A stretch of 63,810 bases of DNA, filler included, from Octopus bimaculoides (taxonomy: Eukaryota), in assembly GCF_001194135.2 (NCBI RefSeq). It is 4 parts of 4 records of this genome, joined end to end, with 100 filler letters (N's around TTAATTAATTAA, not from the genome) between each part and the next. Parts side by side here need not be neighbours in the genome. Positions count along the whole stretch, not along the records: positions 1 to 23,124 come from NC_068984.1; 3 more parts are not named here. The stretch is one strand, 5' to 3'. How positions within the stretch are numbered: position 1 is the stretch's first letter; the number at the start of each line of letters is the position of its first letter. Below the pieces are notes generated by a model. That model was not told where the DNA came from and did no database searches. It worked only from the letters and a program-made list of their open reading frames with translations. The position numbers and the translations under genes were made by a program. Shown piece after piece: positions 11,244 to 22,477 of the stretch.

Positions 11244-12019
11244 TACCGAATAAGTGTCACATATTTTTACAGATATATATATATATAATATAATTAGAAA
11301 ATGGAGAAAAGCATAGATTAACCAGCACATTGATTGGACCACATTTAAAGCTTGTTTATTGATACAAAGCAAGGCATAACAGAGCTAACAGCTGTTTCTG
11401 AACAGATTCCCAGAATGCAGTCTATACATAAATGCGAGAATAAAATTCATCTTCATAGGGCATTCGAATTAAGGCAACTGATCTTCATCAGAGTAAAAAG
11501 CAAGAGCATACAATATAAACAAAAGGAAGAGATAAGAAAACGCAGTTTAGACAAATAGTCTAAAAGCCTAATATGTTAAGTCTACATAATTATTTACCAT
11601 CCGAGCTCAAAGAACGTAGATGAGAGAGTGAGCTATTAAAGAACTAGGGAATACTACAAGTTATTAACGGGGGATAGGGGTGCAGTTAGGAGGGGGTTAG
11701 GGTATTAAAGAAAGAAGTTATCCAGAAGCTCTATGTAAAGAAAATACTAACATAATTATCAAAGGTCAAAACTATGCTAACGGAGTAAACTTATGTAGAG
11801 ATTAAACAGTTAACGTAGGTTACTAAATAAAAAATTTACTCACAGGAAATTAATACCAAGAATCCCCCCTATGGTAACAATGGAGTAAATCTAAGTCCAG
11901 CGGTCTCTACATTGGTCAGTAACAATTTAAAATAAATCACAAGTTAAAACCGTTACAAAGGCTTTGTTTATAGACAAACAGAAAAAAAGAAATGTAAGGA
12001 ATTTTAAAAATTAGTCTCT

Positions 12020-12600
12020 AGGTACTTTCAACCTGATCATAAATTTTATAGAATATTCAATAGAAGAATGCTTAAGATCAGCTATTCTTGTTGCAAAAAC
12101 TTCGCCTCTTTGATTAGCCAGCACAACAACAAGATAACTGCCAAAAACCATAATGCCGACTCGTTTACAAAAAAGCTGCAATTGCAAATATGGAACCTCC
12201 TGTCCGTTGGAAAGGAGATGTCTAGAAAAAGGTATCGTGTATAGAGCCATAGTCCAGATAGAAGGCTCGCACGATTATAGAACTTACACAGGGGCTACGG
12301 AAAATTCATTTAAAACCAGGCTTTATTCGCACAAAAATTCTTTCAGATACCCCGAAAATACGACAAAGACTAGCCTGGCAAGAAAATGAAGCCCAGCCTT
12401 TCAATGTGACATGGAGGATTTTAGGTGGAGCATCACCTTACAGGCACGGTGTCCATAAAAGACCAATTAAATGTGAGTTGTGTTTGTTAGAAAAATTCCA
12501 TATCTTATTCCACGATAAGAAAGCTCTGAACCAAAGACGTGAACTTTTAAATTCATGTAGACATGCGTCCAAAGCGAATAACATACCATATGGGTAGTAT
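12020..12600 (+). mobile_element. Penelope-like element fragment 2 (RT-EN linker + GIY-YIG endonuclease)
   Basis: IFNRRMLKISYSC linker; CNCKYGTSCPLERRCLEKGIVYR...YTGATENSFKTRLYSHKNSF; TWRIL...CELCLLEK...LNQRRELLNSCRH; one frameshift near 12390. Confidence 0.88.
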
Positions 12601-12694
12601 ATATTTTTTTAATAATGTTTGACTCCTCGTAACCATTGTGCAATCTCACTATTGGATTTGTACCGCATTATACATGATTTATTTCGCGTTGCAA

Positions 12695-13038
12695 GAATAT
12701 TGACCGTTGCCAGTACCGCCTGACTGGCCTTCATAGGATTTTTGAGCGAGATCGTTGCCAGTGCCCCTGGACTGGCTCTTGTGCGGGTGGCACATAAAAT
12801 ACACCATTTTGAGCGTGGCCGTTGCCAGTACTGCCTGACTGGCCTTCGTGCGGGTGACACGTAAAAGCACCCACTACACTCTCTGAGTGGTTGGCGTTAG
12901 GAAGGGCATCCAGCTGTAGAAACTCTGCAAAATTAGATTGGAGCCTGGTGTAGCCATCTGGTTCACCATTCCTCAGTCAAATCGCCCAACCCATACTAGC
13001 ATGGAAGGCGGACGTTAAACGATGATGATGATGATGAT
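12695..13038 (+). mobile_element. Solo 3' UTR/tail of the RTE family (short 5'-truncated copy)
   Basis: Collinear with 8640-8859; ends GGACGTTAAAC(GAT)6. Confidence 0.9.
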
Positions 13039-13894
13039 CCCTATGTCATTTTAAGAAAGCCTTCGACTGTTATATGCATAGTTTTTCTTTTTTCTTGTTT
13101 TACTTTACTTTATTTTATTTTATTTGTATTTATTTTAAAATACTTTGTAAACAAATTTAACCGTTTTTATGGACGGTTCGATATATGGAATTTTATTATG
13201 CCTGTATTTTTGCCCAATTTTAACTTTTATACTCAGCAATTTCTTAAAAAGTTGTCTGCATATATACGCTGAGACCTAAAAGTTTTTTATGTGGATGTCT
13301 GTATTGTAGAAATGCATATGTATTCATATGTGTGCGTCTTTGCTTACGTATAGAGCCTAGGTTTACACTTGTGCACATACAGTAATGATTTCGTATGCGT
13401 GCGTCTTTGTGTACACAAGGGTAAGAGTGTATGCTTATATTTATTTACACATACATACATTTATTCGTGTGTACATCTATGTTATATATGAGAATGTGCA
13501 CTCAGGTTTACGCACATACATACTTGAATGTGTGCATACGCACGTATACAGTTATGTTTGTGTGTATTTGCGTACATATCCCTATATATCTGTATATGTG
13601 ATGCTGATATACATTTTTGTATACACATATATATCCAATTTTGTGTACGTTTGTTATATACGCTATACTTCCTTCTTTCTTTATTGCTTTCTTCTCTTCT
13701 TTCTCTCCTTTCTTTCTTTCCTTCCTCACGATAACCATACTTTCTCTCTTTCTACATTAGTAATGTCTTTATCGATAAGTTACTCTCTCTCCTCCACTCT
13801 ATAAGGTTAATATACACTTACTGTTGCCAACACTGAATAGTTTTTGTGCGCGAACTTGATTGCATGCATATGTGTATGTGTATACATGCATATA

Positions 13895-14256
13895 GTGGAG
13901 GCTCAATGGCCCAGTAGTTAGGGCAGCAGACTCGCGGTTTTGATTCCCAGACCGGGCGTTGTGTTTATTGAGCGAAAACGCCTAAAAGCTCCACAAGGCT
14001 CCAGCAGGGGATGGTGGCGAACCCTGCTGTACTTTTTCACCACAACTTTCTCTCTCTTACTTCTTGTTTCTGTTGTGCCTGTAATTCAAAGGGTCAGCCT
14101 TGTCACACTGTGTCACGCTGAATATCCCCGAGAACTACGTTAAGGGTACACGTGTCTGCGGAGTGCTCAGTCACTTGCAGGTTAATTTCAGGAGCAGGCT
14201 GTTCCATTGATCGGATCAACTGGAACCCTCGATGTCGTAAGCAACGGAGTGCCAAC
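13895..14256 (+). mobile_element. tRNA-headed SINE, family C
   Basis: A-box-like TGGCCCAGTAG, B-box-like TTTGATTCCC, GC-richer body between (TA/CA) microsatellites; resembles an octopus SINE from memory only. Confidence 0.7.
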
Positions 14257-14654
14257 ATACATGCATATTCGTGCATGTATTTATGTCTTGCAAATATATA
14301 CCTATATACGTATATTGTCTGTACGCATGCATCTGTGTATTTTGATGTATATATGTATGTTGTAGATAATCTAGTATGCGTATATACTGTTGTAATTTTA
14401 TTTTTAATGCAGCATAAATTTTTATATAATTTTAATGTGTTAATTCGAATATAATTATTTACAATATGTATTTTGAACCCATTTTTCAATTTAAGGTTTT
14501 CTTCGATTTTTAAAAATAGGACGAATCTATATTGAATTCATTTGTTTTGTTCATTGCACACGCAAGACCGTTTTTTGAAACGACCAATGAAACAGATCCA
14601 TATGTTTTAAATTTCATATTAGTTTTGATTGCATCGTCATTTCTTTCCCATTTC

Positions 14655-14710
14655 TAACAAAACTGTCCGATGAACGGGAACGTGAAACTCCAAGTAACAG
14701 TTTTTTGTTA
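14655..14710 (+). ncRNA. Minimal type I hammerhead ribozyme motif HHR2 (U4C core variant)
   Basis: Stem I UAACAAAACUGU/ACAGUUUU(UU)GUUA; core CCGAUGA; stem II ACG-ggaa-CGU; GAAAC-uccaa-GU; triplet GUA, cleavage 3' of 14696; AATAAA ~18 nt downstream. Confidence 0.8.
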
Positions 14711-15199
14711 TATTTCTGCTGCTTTTAAATAAAGCATATGTATGTGTGTGTATATATATATATATAATTAATAGGTCCATATGTCCAGGTTCAACAAAAA
14801 GAGTACTCCATCTAACGAGAGTAAATATTGTTTTTATGACCACTACGTTCTTCAGGCAGCAGCCATACCATCAGACTTAAGCAGTTTAAATACTGGACCG
14901 AATATGGTACGGAAGAAATCCAATATTGGAACGAATTATATGGAAGATACCATTAGGCTGACTATGCAGAATATAAATCTTGAGGTGCGATGATCGAATG
15001 GTGTAAAATCGGATGGAAAAAAATTGGGGGGAAAAATATTTGTAGAAAAAAAATAACTATAAGAAATGCAGGGAATGATAAATTTTCTTTCATCTACTCT
15101 GCGTTGTATAATGTAGAGCTGTTCGTTAAGTTAGATGCGAACAATCTCCAATTCAAGTTCTTATTGGATAATCATTTTTAGTCCATCATTTCAAAACCT

Positions 15200-15830
15200 G
15201 GTATAGTTTAAATGATAATTATTCATTTATACTTGGCAAATGTGAATTTCCTCATGTGCAAGCATCTCAATACTTTTCCTGCCTAGAATTTATCACACTA
15301 TTCTTGAAAATCTGCTAAAATTCTTCTAAACATAGGTCACATCTACTGGTTCCAGGTCAGTAAAATTTTACACTACAAATTAATTCCCATCTAATAGTAT
15401 AATCTTTGTTACTGTCCTTAAAAGACCAGATTAATTTGCTAAGACACATTTGGATCCTTTTATTTTTGTCTTTAAATGAACTCGAATGATTTGCCAGTCT
15501 CCTCTTGAGAATTAATGATGTCCCACCAATGTAAAAGAATTCCTTACCCTCAGATGTAACTTTATATCTATATATTATGTTTTTAGTCTTACACTTATTT
15601 TCCACATAACAGGATTTCCATTTGGAACAATTGCAAAGATAATCTTTTATATTTCCCTCAGATTTAGTTTTAATTTGATCATTCATTGTAGAGTTAAATT
15701 CATTTCCACCAGGTTCTTTATTTCTATTTACTCCTTTAGATAACATTATCTTTGTTCTAATTCTAACTGAACTTTTATTCGATCTAACATTATTACCTAT
15801 GATAAATTGGGTTGTTTCCTTTTCCATGAC
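15200..15830 (-). mobile_element. Penelope-like element fragment 3 (GIY-YIG endonuclease)
   Basis: CNCSKWKSCYVENKCKTKNIIY...FFYIGGTSLILKRRLANHSSSF...LSKLIWSFKD...IRWELI. Confidence 0.85.
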
Positions 15831-16072
15831 ATTTAACTTCCTAGCGCTCCCTTCTATTTCAGTTTTTTTAAAATTCTGTTTGACGTTATTTATGCATAAT
15901 ATTTACTACACTATTCTGATTATAATCGTTTTTTTTTTAATTTCGATATTATTTTAACATTACGTGTACAATATATCTGCTTAGACAATAAGCCAGTCTA
16001 ATCTTAAGTCCACAAAATATTTTGTAATATCTGTGATTTCTTGGAAAATATCTTTGAATTGCTATATTAAAC

Positions 16073-16103
<31 letters not shown>

Positions 16104-16108
16104 CACAT

Positions 16109-16145
<37 letters not shown>

Positions 16146-16147
16146 TA

Positions 16148-16653
16148 CAGGGGTTGGACAAAATAATGGAAACACCTTAAAATTTCAAACAAATTTATTT
16201 ACAGCTTGAATTCTACGAGGTATGGACTCGTACAAAGTCAGAATTGTTTCCAAAGGAATGTTTGTCCATTCTTCAGTTCATGTAGTAATGTTGCTGGAGG
16301 AAATTGACTTCTTGTTTTTCTAAAATGCACCATAAATGTTCAATAATATTGAGATCTCGGGACTGTGGTGGCCAGATAAGATGTTTAACTTCACAAGAAT
16401 GTTCCTCGTGCCATTCAGTAACAACTTTAGCGGTGTGAATTGGTGCATTATCATCCTGAAAGATTTTATTTCCCTCTGGAAACAGTTCTGCAACTATAGG
16501 ATGAATTTGATCAGATAAAATGCGTAAATACACTTGACTATTAATTCTGCCATGAAGGGAACCATTGGGTCAGCAGATTTCCAAGATATAGCTCTCCCAG
16601 ATCATCACAGATCGTCCTCCATGTATAACAGTTGGAAAAAAGGCAGTCTGGGT
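16148..16653 (-). mobile_element. Tc1-type DNA transposon, 3' half (DD34E), truncated by Gypsy LTR
   Basis: TA + TIR-like CAGGGGTTGGACAAAATAATGGAAACACC (16148-16176); IFQDDNAPIHTAK...WPPQSRDLNIIEHLW; GGRSVMIW-like segment up to 16653. Confidence 0.88.
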
Positions 16654-16970
16654 TGTGGGATGACGTCAGCAGCTGGGGAGCTGACTGGAACTTGGGAGCT
16701 GACCGAAAGAGGAAGGGTGCTTGGGTAACGCGTGCAGACAGGGGACCATTGGGCCTTTTTGATCGGGGTAGCTGAGAGTGCTGGACGTGTGAGCGCTTCG
16801 ACAAGGTGAGGGACAGGAGCTACTATTTTTAGCGTTTCAGGTCGGGTCACGTGGAAGAGTACATTACCACAGGAGAGGTCTGCATCGACGAAGAGAAGGT
16901 AGGTGTCTTACTTCTAATCTCCTGCATTCACCACAAGCTATTTCGGCACTCCACATAAGACATCACCACG
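16654..16970 (+). repeat. 5' LTR
   Basis: Starts TGTGGGATGACGTCAGC; ends GACATCACCACG (inverted complement of the LTR start); matches 20107-20215. An alternative end at 16935 (CACCACA) cannot be excluded. Confidence 0.75.
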
Positions 16971-17690
16971 ATGGCAGCTAAAATTAGGATTGCCAGTGAC
17001 ATTATCAGGCCCTTTAATGGTGAGGGCTATGTAGTGGCCTGGATGCGTAAGATCAGGCTTGTGGCGAGATTGCAAGGCATTAGCGACGTGGTGAGCCTTA
17101 TGGCACTATATTTGGAAGGGAGCGCATTGATTCTATATCTTGAGATGGACGAAGAAGAACAACTGAGCAAGGAGAAGATTGAGCGACGTCTGAGAGAGGC
17201 TTACACTGAGTGTGAGTATAGAGCCTTTGTTAAGCTGGGAATGATTAGATGGATGGGAGAGCAGGTAGATGAATACGCGACGGAGGTGCATAGGCTGACC
17301 ACGCTGTCTGGGTTTACGGGAGAAGGCCTGGACAGAGCAGCGCGACTGCAGTTCGTAAGTGGGTTCCCTGACGACGTAGGGATTCCCACTGCAGCAATTG
17401 CCCGGGGGCAAAAAGATGGCGCTGAGCGAACTTGTGGCTCAAGCCCGCATGTTGACGAGAAACACTAGACGGCAGGCGATAGCGATAGCAGGAATGGAGG
17501 CGCGTAAAAACGGACAGCAGCTGGAGACAGACATGAAGAGGCCTACCGTGCAATGACAGCGGCCGTTCTCAGGCCAGTGTTTTAAATGCCAGGGGTTGCA
17601 CATGGCGAGGGAGTGTACGCAACCAGGGCCCATCTGCTATCGATGCAGGCAGACAGGGCACATCACCCGTAGTTGCGACCAGGGAAACGA
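16971..17690 (+). pseudogene. Gypsy gag with two zinc knuckles, frameshifted
   Basis: MAAKIRIASDIIRPF...LYLEG...FVSGFP; CFKCQGLHMAREC (~17577) and CYRCRQTGHITRSC (~17635). Confidence 0.88.
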
Positions 17691-19990
17691 CTGAGGGTGG
17701 AGGGGAAGACGTTCAAGGCCCTTATGGATATGGGCCGCACGACCACCCTTGTGACTCCAAGGGTGATGAAGAAATGAAATGGGGCAAGTAGCGTCCGGGC
17801 GGTCAACGGCGGCGAAATCCGATGCAAGGGCAGCAGCAATGTAGAGATAGCAGTGTGAGGCGCAACGCTAAGGCTGCAGGTAATTGTGGTTGAACGTGTG
17901 ATAAACGGGGTTGATGTAGTGATGGAGATGGACGCGATCAACTGCTTCAGTGGTGTCAGTATTGCAGGATATGAGGTCATGTTCAAAAGCGTGGGAGCGT
18001 CGTGCTCTGTGAGTCAGGATCGTCAGAGAGAGCAGAGCTCCGTAAGGGACTGCGCCGCTTACACCATTGAGGACAAGGATTTTCAGGCGGTGTTCGATGG
18101 TCAGCAGTGGATGATAGAGTGGCGATGGAAAGATAAGCCCCCGATGCCGAAGAACAGGGTGAGCTGCTACCAGCATAAGTCATGCCAGGGTCAAGTTCGA
18201 AGACAAGGTAGAGAGATGGATCAAGGAAGGAGTCCCTGTCCCATGGAAGGAGGAGGTGGTGAGCAGAATGCTACCTCTGATGGCGGTGGTGCAGCCGACA
18301 AAGGGAAAAGTTAGACCGCTGCTGGACTTTAGAGAGCTGAACGAGCATGTATCGTTCCATACAGGAGGCGAGGCACCGGACATTTGTGGCGATATGTTAC
18401 ATGTGTGAGTGAGAAACTGTGGCGATATCAGCTGGTGCAGTACAGGGGCCGGACGTACTGTTTAACCAGGCTGGGTTTCGGACTGGATTCCACTCCGAAG
18501 ATCATGGCGACGGTGCTTAAGTCTATCCTAGGAAAAGAGGACAAGATAAGAAAGGCCACCAGTTCCTACATAGACAACATTTCGGTGGACGAGACTGTAG
18601 TGCCAGCCAACAAGATAGTGAGACATCTGGAGAAGTTCTGGCGGAGAGTTGGGGCGACAAGGTGGGAGTGGCGATGATATGGGAAATCCTAGAAAGGACG
18701 AGAGCGGAAGACCCGGTCAGGAGGAACTGGTATGTGCCCAAGACGGAATGCAGGACCGTTTGGTGTGATGCTAGTAGTATAGCAATAGGGGTTGTGTTGA
18801 AGATCGAAGATGCTGTGATGGAGGACGTGGCCTGGCTTTGGAAAGCAGACAACTTTAACCACATCAATGTCGCCGAATTAGACGCAATTGAAATTCGGAC
18901 GGATTCGGCTACTGTGCTCGGCTGGGTAGGATTGGTAATCACTGGTGAGAGGAGAGTTCGGACGAAAGGTGTTGCGGAGATGTTGGTAAAGCACCGCCAG
19001 TGAGTTCTAGGAGAATTGATTGCCGAGTTCGGACTGAAGCTGAACGTGGTTTTCGTACCTTCAGAGAGAAACAGGGCGGACGCACTGACCAGGGTGTAAA
19101 GGGCATCGTTGGAGGAGCCAGAGGAGGCAAAGAAAGGGATAGCTGTGGCATGTCGGTTGGATGCCTCCGAAATGAAGAGACTACATGCTATGCATCACTA
19201 GGGTGTGGACAAGACCCTGTATCTCGTGAAGATGATTGATGCTGACATCACTAGGAGAAGCATCCGGAAAGTGGTTGGGAGCTGTGACAGGTGCCAGTCC
19301 ATTGACTCTACTCCGTGTGAGCATAAGCAAGGAAACCTTTTGGTGGAGCACAACTGGGAGAGACTAGCTGTGGATGTGACGCATTACTGTCAGAGAATAT
19401 ATTTCTCCATGGTCGAGTGCGGGCCGGGCCGGATAGCCATTTGGAAGGAGTTAAGACGGGCATTGCTGATGAGATTGCACAGATTTTGAATGGGATATTT
19501 TTAGAGAGGGGTCCCATGGAAGAACTGCTAATGGACAATGGGGCAGCATTTTGTTTGGAAGAATTGAGGGATATGCTCGACCAGTGGAAAGTGCGCTGCT
19601 TGTTCAGAGCAGCATATAGGCCGAGCAGTAATGGAATCATAGAGAGGCACCATCGGACAGTCAAGGCCATAGCGGAAGGCAGTTTTCTGGTATAACATGT
19701 CTCCCCGATCCGGACAAGCTGAAGAATGTGTCACACTGAGCGGTATTCAAATACAAATGGAGGCACCCCAGTTAAGCGCCGGAGTGCCACAAGGAAGAGA
19801 AGGACCCGCCTGCATGAAAATAGGGGAGGAAGTCTGGGTTAAGCCACCAAAGGCACGCTGTATGTCTCAATGAAGCAGAGGAACGGTGACGGTGGTCAAT
19901 TCCAGAAACAACGTTTCTGTGGATGGAATTCTGCGACACGTTTTGGACATTCGCAGGATTGTTGCTTCGTCAGATGACGATTGTGGAGAG
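17690..19990 (+). pseudogene. Gypsy pol (PR-RT-RNase H-integrase), many stops/frameshifts
   Basis: ALMDMGRTTTLV; LTRLGFGL...SYIDNI; WCDASS...HINVAELDA; CDRCQS, WERLAVDVTHY, LMDNGAAF, YRPSSNGIIERHHRTVK. Confidence 0.9.
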
Positions 19991-20106
19991 GAGGAGAATG
20001 GGGTGCCTAGCTTGAGGAGATCTCGACGCGCAAAGTGCTCGCCCGGTTGGATGGTGGGCTTCGACGTAGAGTAGGTGGGGATGTGATCATTAAGATCAGA
20101 GTTGTG

Positions 20107-20215
20107 TGTGGTGATGACGTCAGCAGCTGGGGAGCTGACTGGAAGAGGAAGGGCGCATAGGTGACGCGCGCGCAGGCAGGGGACCATTGGGCCTTTTCGA
20201 TTGGTCAGCAGCTAT
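20107..20215 (+). repeat. 3' LTR, partial
   Basis: TGTGGTGATGACGTCAGCAGCTGGGGAGCTGACTGGAA...GGGGACCATTGGGCCTTTT matches the 5' LTR, then diverges into GT-rich DNA. Confidence 0.88.
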
Positions 20216-21120
20216 GGTGACAAGTGTGTGTATGGGCGGTTGTGTGTTTTTGCATATGTGCATAGATAGGATGGTCAGTAGTAGTCAGAGCAGTAGAAAG
20301 TTGTTTGAGAGGCAGTCTGAAGGGTGTGTGCGTGTGTGGACATGTGTATAGGTGTATGTGTGTGTATCGCATTCTCTCTGTGTCACTCTCTCTCGGTATA
20401 TGTATGTGCATGTGTGTTTGTGTGTGGGGATGTGTTTAAGTGCATGTGAGCGAGTGTGAAAGTGTATGCATGTGTGTCTGTCTTGTGTGTGGAGGTATAT
20501 GTGCTTTCCTGTGTGCTTGCATGTCTGTGTATATACGTGCGTGTGTGTGTACGTATGTGTATATGTACGTGTCTATGTGTGTGCGCATGTATGTACGTGT
20601 ATGCATGTGTGTTTGTGTTGTGTGGAAATATGTGTGCATGTGTGTGTGCTTATATGTACGTGTGTGTATGTATGTGTGAGTATGTGTGCATGTATGAGTC
20701 GTGTGTGTGTGGAGGTATATGTGCGTTCATGTGTGCATGCGTGTATGTGTATGCATGTATATGCGTGTTCTGTATGTGGAGGTATATGTGCGTTCGTGTG
20801 TGCATGCCTGCGTGTGTATGTGTATGAGAGGGGTGAGGTGGAGTATGGATGCATTGTGTTGGCATGTGTGTGGACGGTGTGGGAATGTGTATATGTGTGT
20901 GTGTGCATATGTATGGGTGTATGTGTGTTTATGGGTGCGTCTGTGTGTTTATCTTTGTGTCACTCTGTCGCGCATTCTCTTACAGTATAAATGTGCGTGT
21001 GTGTGTCCCTATCTCTGTGTCACTCTGTTACGTGTCTGTGTGGAAGTGTATGTACGTGAGTGTATATGTGTGTGCATTGTGTGCGTGAGGGAGGTGGTAT
21101 GCGGTGTGTCGTATAGGAAT
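20215..21120. repeat. Degenerate (GT/AT)-rich tract with cryptic repeated units
   Basis: Recurring GTGGAGGTATATGTGC (~20490, 20710, 20777) and TGTGTCACTCT (~20378, 20956, 21016). Confidence 0.8.
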
Positions 21121-21236
21121 AGGAAATGAAAAATTAATACCAATAATATGTAGTACAATACAAATAATATGTGAGAATTGGTAATATAAAACTGAATTTT
21201 TATTTAACCAAGTTGGTCTACACAAAGAGAGGATGT

Positions 21237-22477
21237 TACAGACAAGGGGTTGGAGGAACAAATGATTAACAATATGAAGTTAGACATATACTTAAAAATA
21301 AATGAAAAATATGAAAATTGAGTGGATTAAAACAGAATGGATTGAGGGACGCAGTCAACCCCACAAACGACGTACCAACACTGAAACTTGGGTTCTTTCC
21401 TTTTGTTCTCACTCTTCCACTTTTCCAGCTTTTCAAGTGGAAAAGGAAAAAGTTAACCAACCCAAGGCTGGAGATGAAGACGCCCGTCACAATCCCTTTC
21501 ACTCGCGTCTTCCATACTACATCCTTTGCAAAAGCCACTCAACAGAGGAAACAAGCCTGCTCTTCTCTGTTCAGAGAAGTCGGCGGAACAATCTTAATTA
21601 TAGACTCGGGTGACAGTTGTACGCTTCTCAGTTGTGACAACAGTTTCTCAACGTAAACCCATACTTCCGAAATCTTTGGACACTGCACAATTGCATGTAG
21701 AACAGTTTCACTGTTCAGCCTGCATTTTGGGCATGTTGGCATGGATGAAGAACCATACTTGTAGAGTTTATCCCGAACAGGCAAGGCTCCTCGGTAACAT
21801 TGCCATTTCTGTTGTTTTTTCTAGAGGGTGGAGGGAGTGTGGCTGAAGTTGTGCATTCGGTCTTGATGTGACCCTTCTTACCACACTTATAGAATTTTTT
21901 ATCTCTCGCCACATACTTTGTCTCTTGCCAGATAGGTCTGAAACATTTCTCTATAGCTTCATTAGAAGCCATGTCTATTTTTTTTTTTTTTTTCGCCGAA
22001 GATGTCTTATACATTATTGTACTCCTTTTTGTAATGTGTGTAACATCGCCTAGTGGCATCGACTTTACATCGTTCTCCTCCTTTTGTAGGAGGCATTTGT
22101 ATTTATCCAGCTCGTTGATATTTATATTTACAGTTTCGCTATTAATTGCAGCTACTGCTGCGAAATTTATATTATTTTTTCTGATAGTCCTGTATTCATT
22201 TGTACATTATGTTTTTCTTTGGTGTTCGGTAACTCCGGGAATATTTCGTCCAGTAATTCTACAAGTTAGCCTTGGTGGGCGTTGTTCTGAGATAACATTG
22301 CTCATTTTTTTTTTACTTTTTTAAAAATAAGAGGTTCACCCCTTTAAAAGAGAGAAAATCCCAAAAAGCAAGTCTGCTAATAGCAGCACGTGTGTTGTAA
22401 CAACACCAAAACAGTAACAAAAATTAATTCAACAAGAAAATTGTAACAATACCTATAACTCTCGCACGAAACACAAC
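21237..22477 (-). mobile_element. L1/Tx1-like non-LTR element, internally deleted (ORF1 knuckle fused to ORF2 C-terminus)
   Basis: FYKCGKKGHIKTEC (ORF 21715-22059); CPKCRLNSETVLHAIVQC zf-RVT motif (ORF 21539-21784); flanked by a 23/24-bp direct repeat. Confidence 0.75.

Larger units (their letters stand above)
16654..20215 (+). mobile_element. Ty3/Gypsy LTR retrotransposon, near full length, decayed
   Basis: Two related LTRs enclosing gag, two zinc knuckles, PR, RT, RH, INT. Confidence 0.92.

Noticed and set aside
11455-11500. Minus-strand CUGAUGA...CGAAU near HHR1
   Set aside because: No credible stem II or stem I; GAAU instead of GAAA.
12387-12389. In-frame TGA in the PLE endonuclease as possible selenocysteine codon
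   Set aside because: Downstream homology continues in a different frame, so this is a deletion/frameshift.
19940-19975. Minus-strand CUGACGA A GCA..UGC GAAU in the Gypsy 3' region
   Set aside because: Inside coding remnant, GAAU core, no stem I or III.
20436-21129. Cys/Val/His/Thr-rich ORFs over dinucleotide repeats (also 736-1511, 27606-27986, 47858-48470, 55058-56169)
   Set aside because: Translations of microsatellites.
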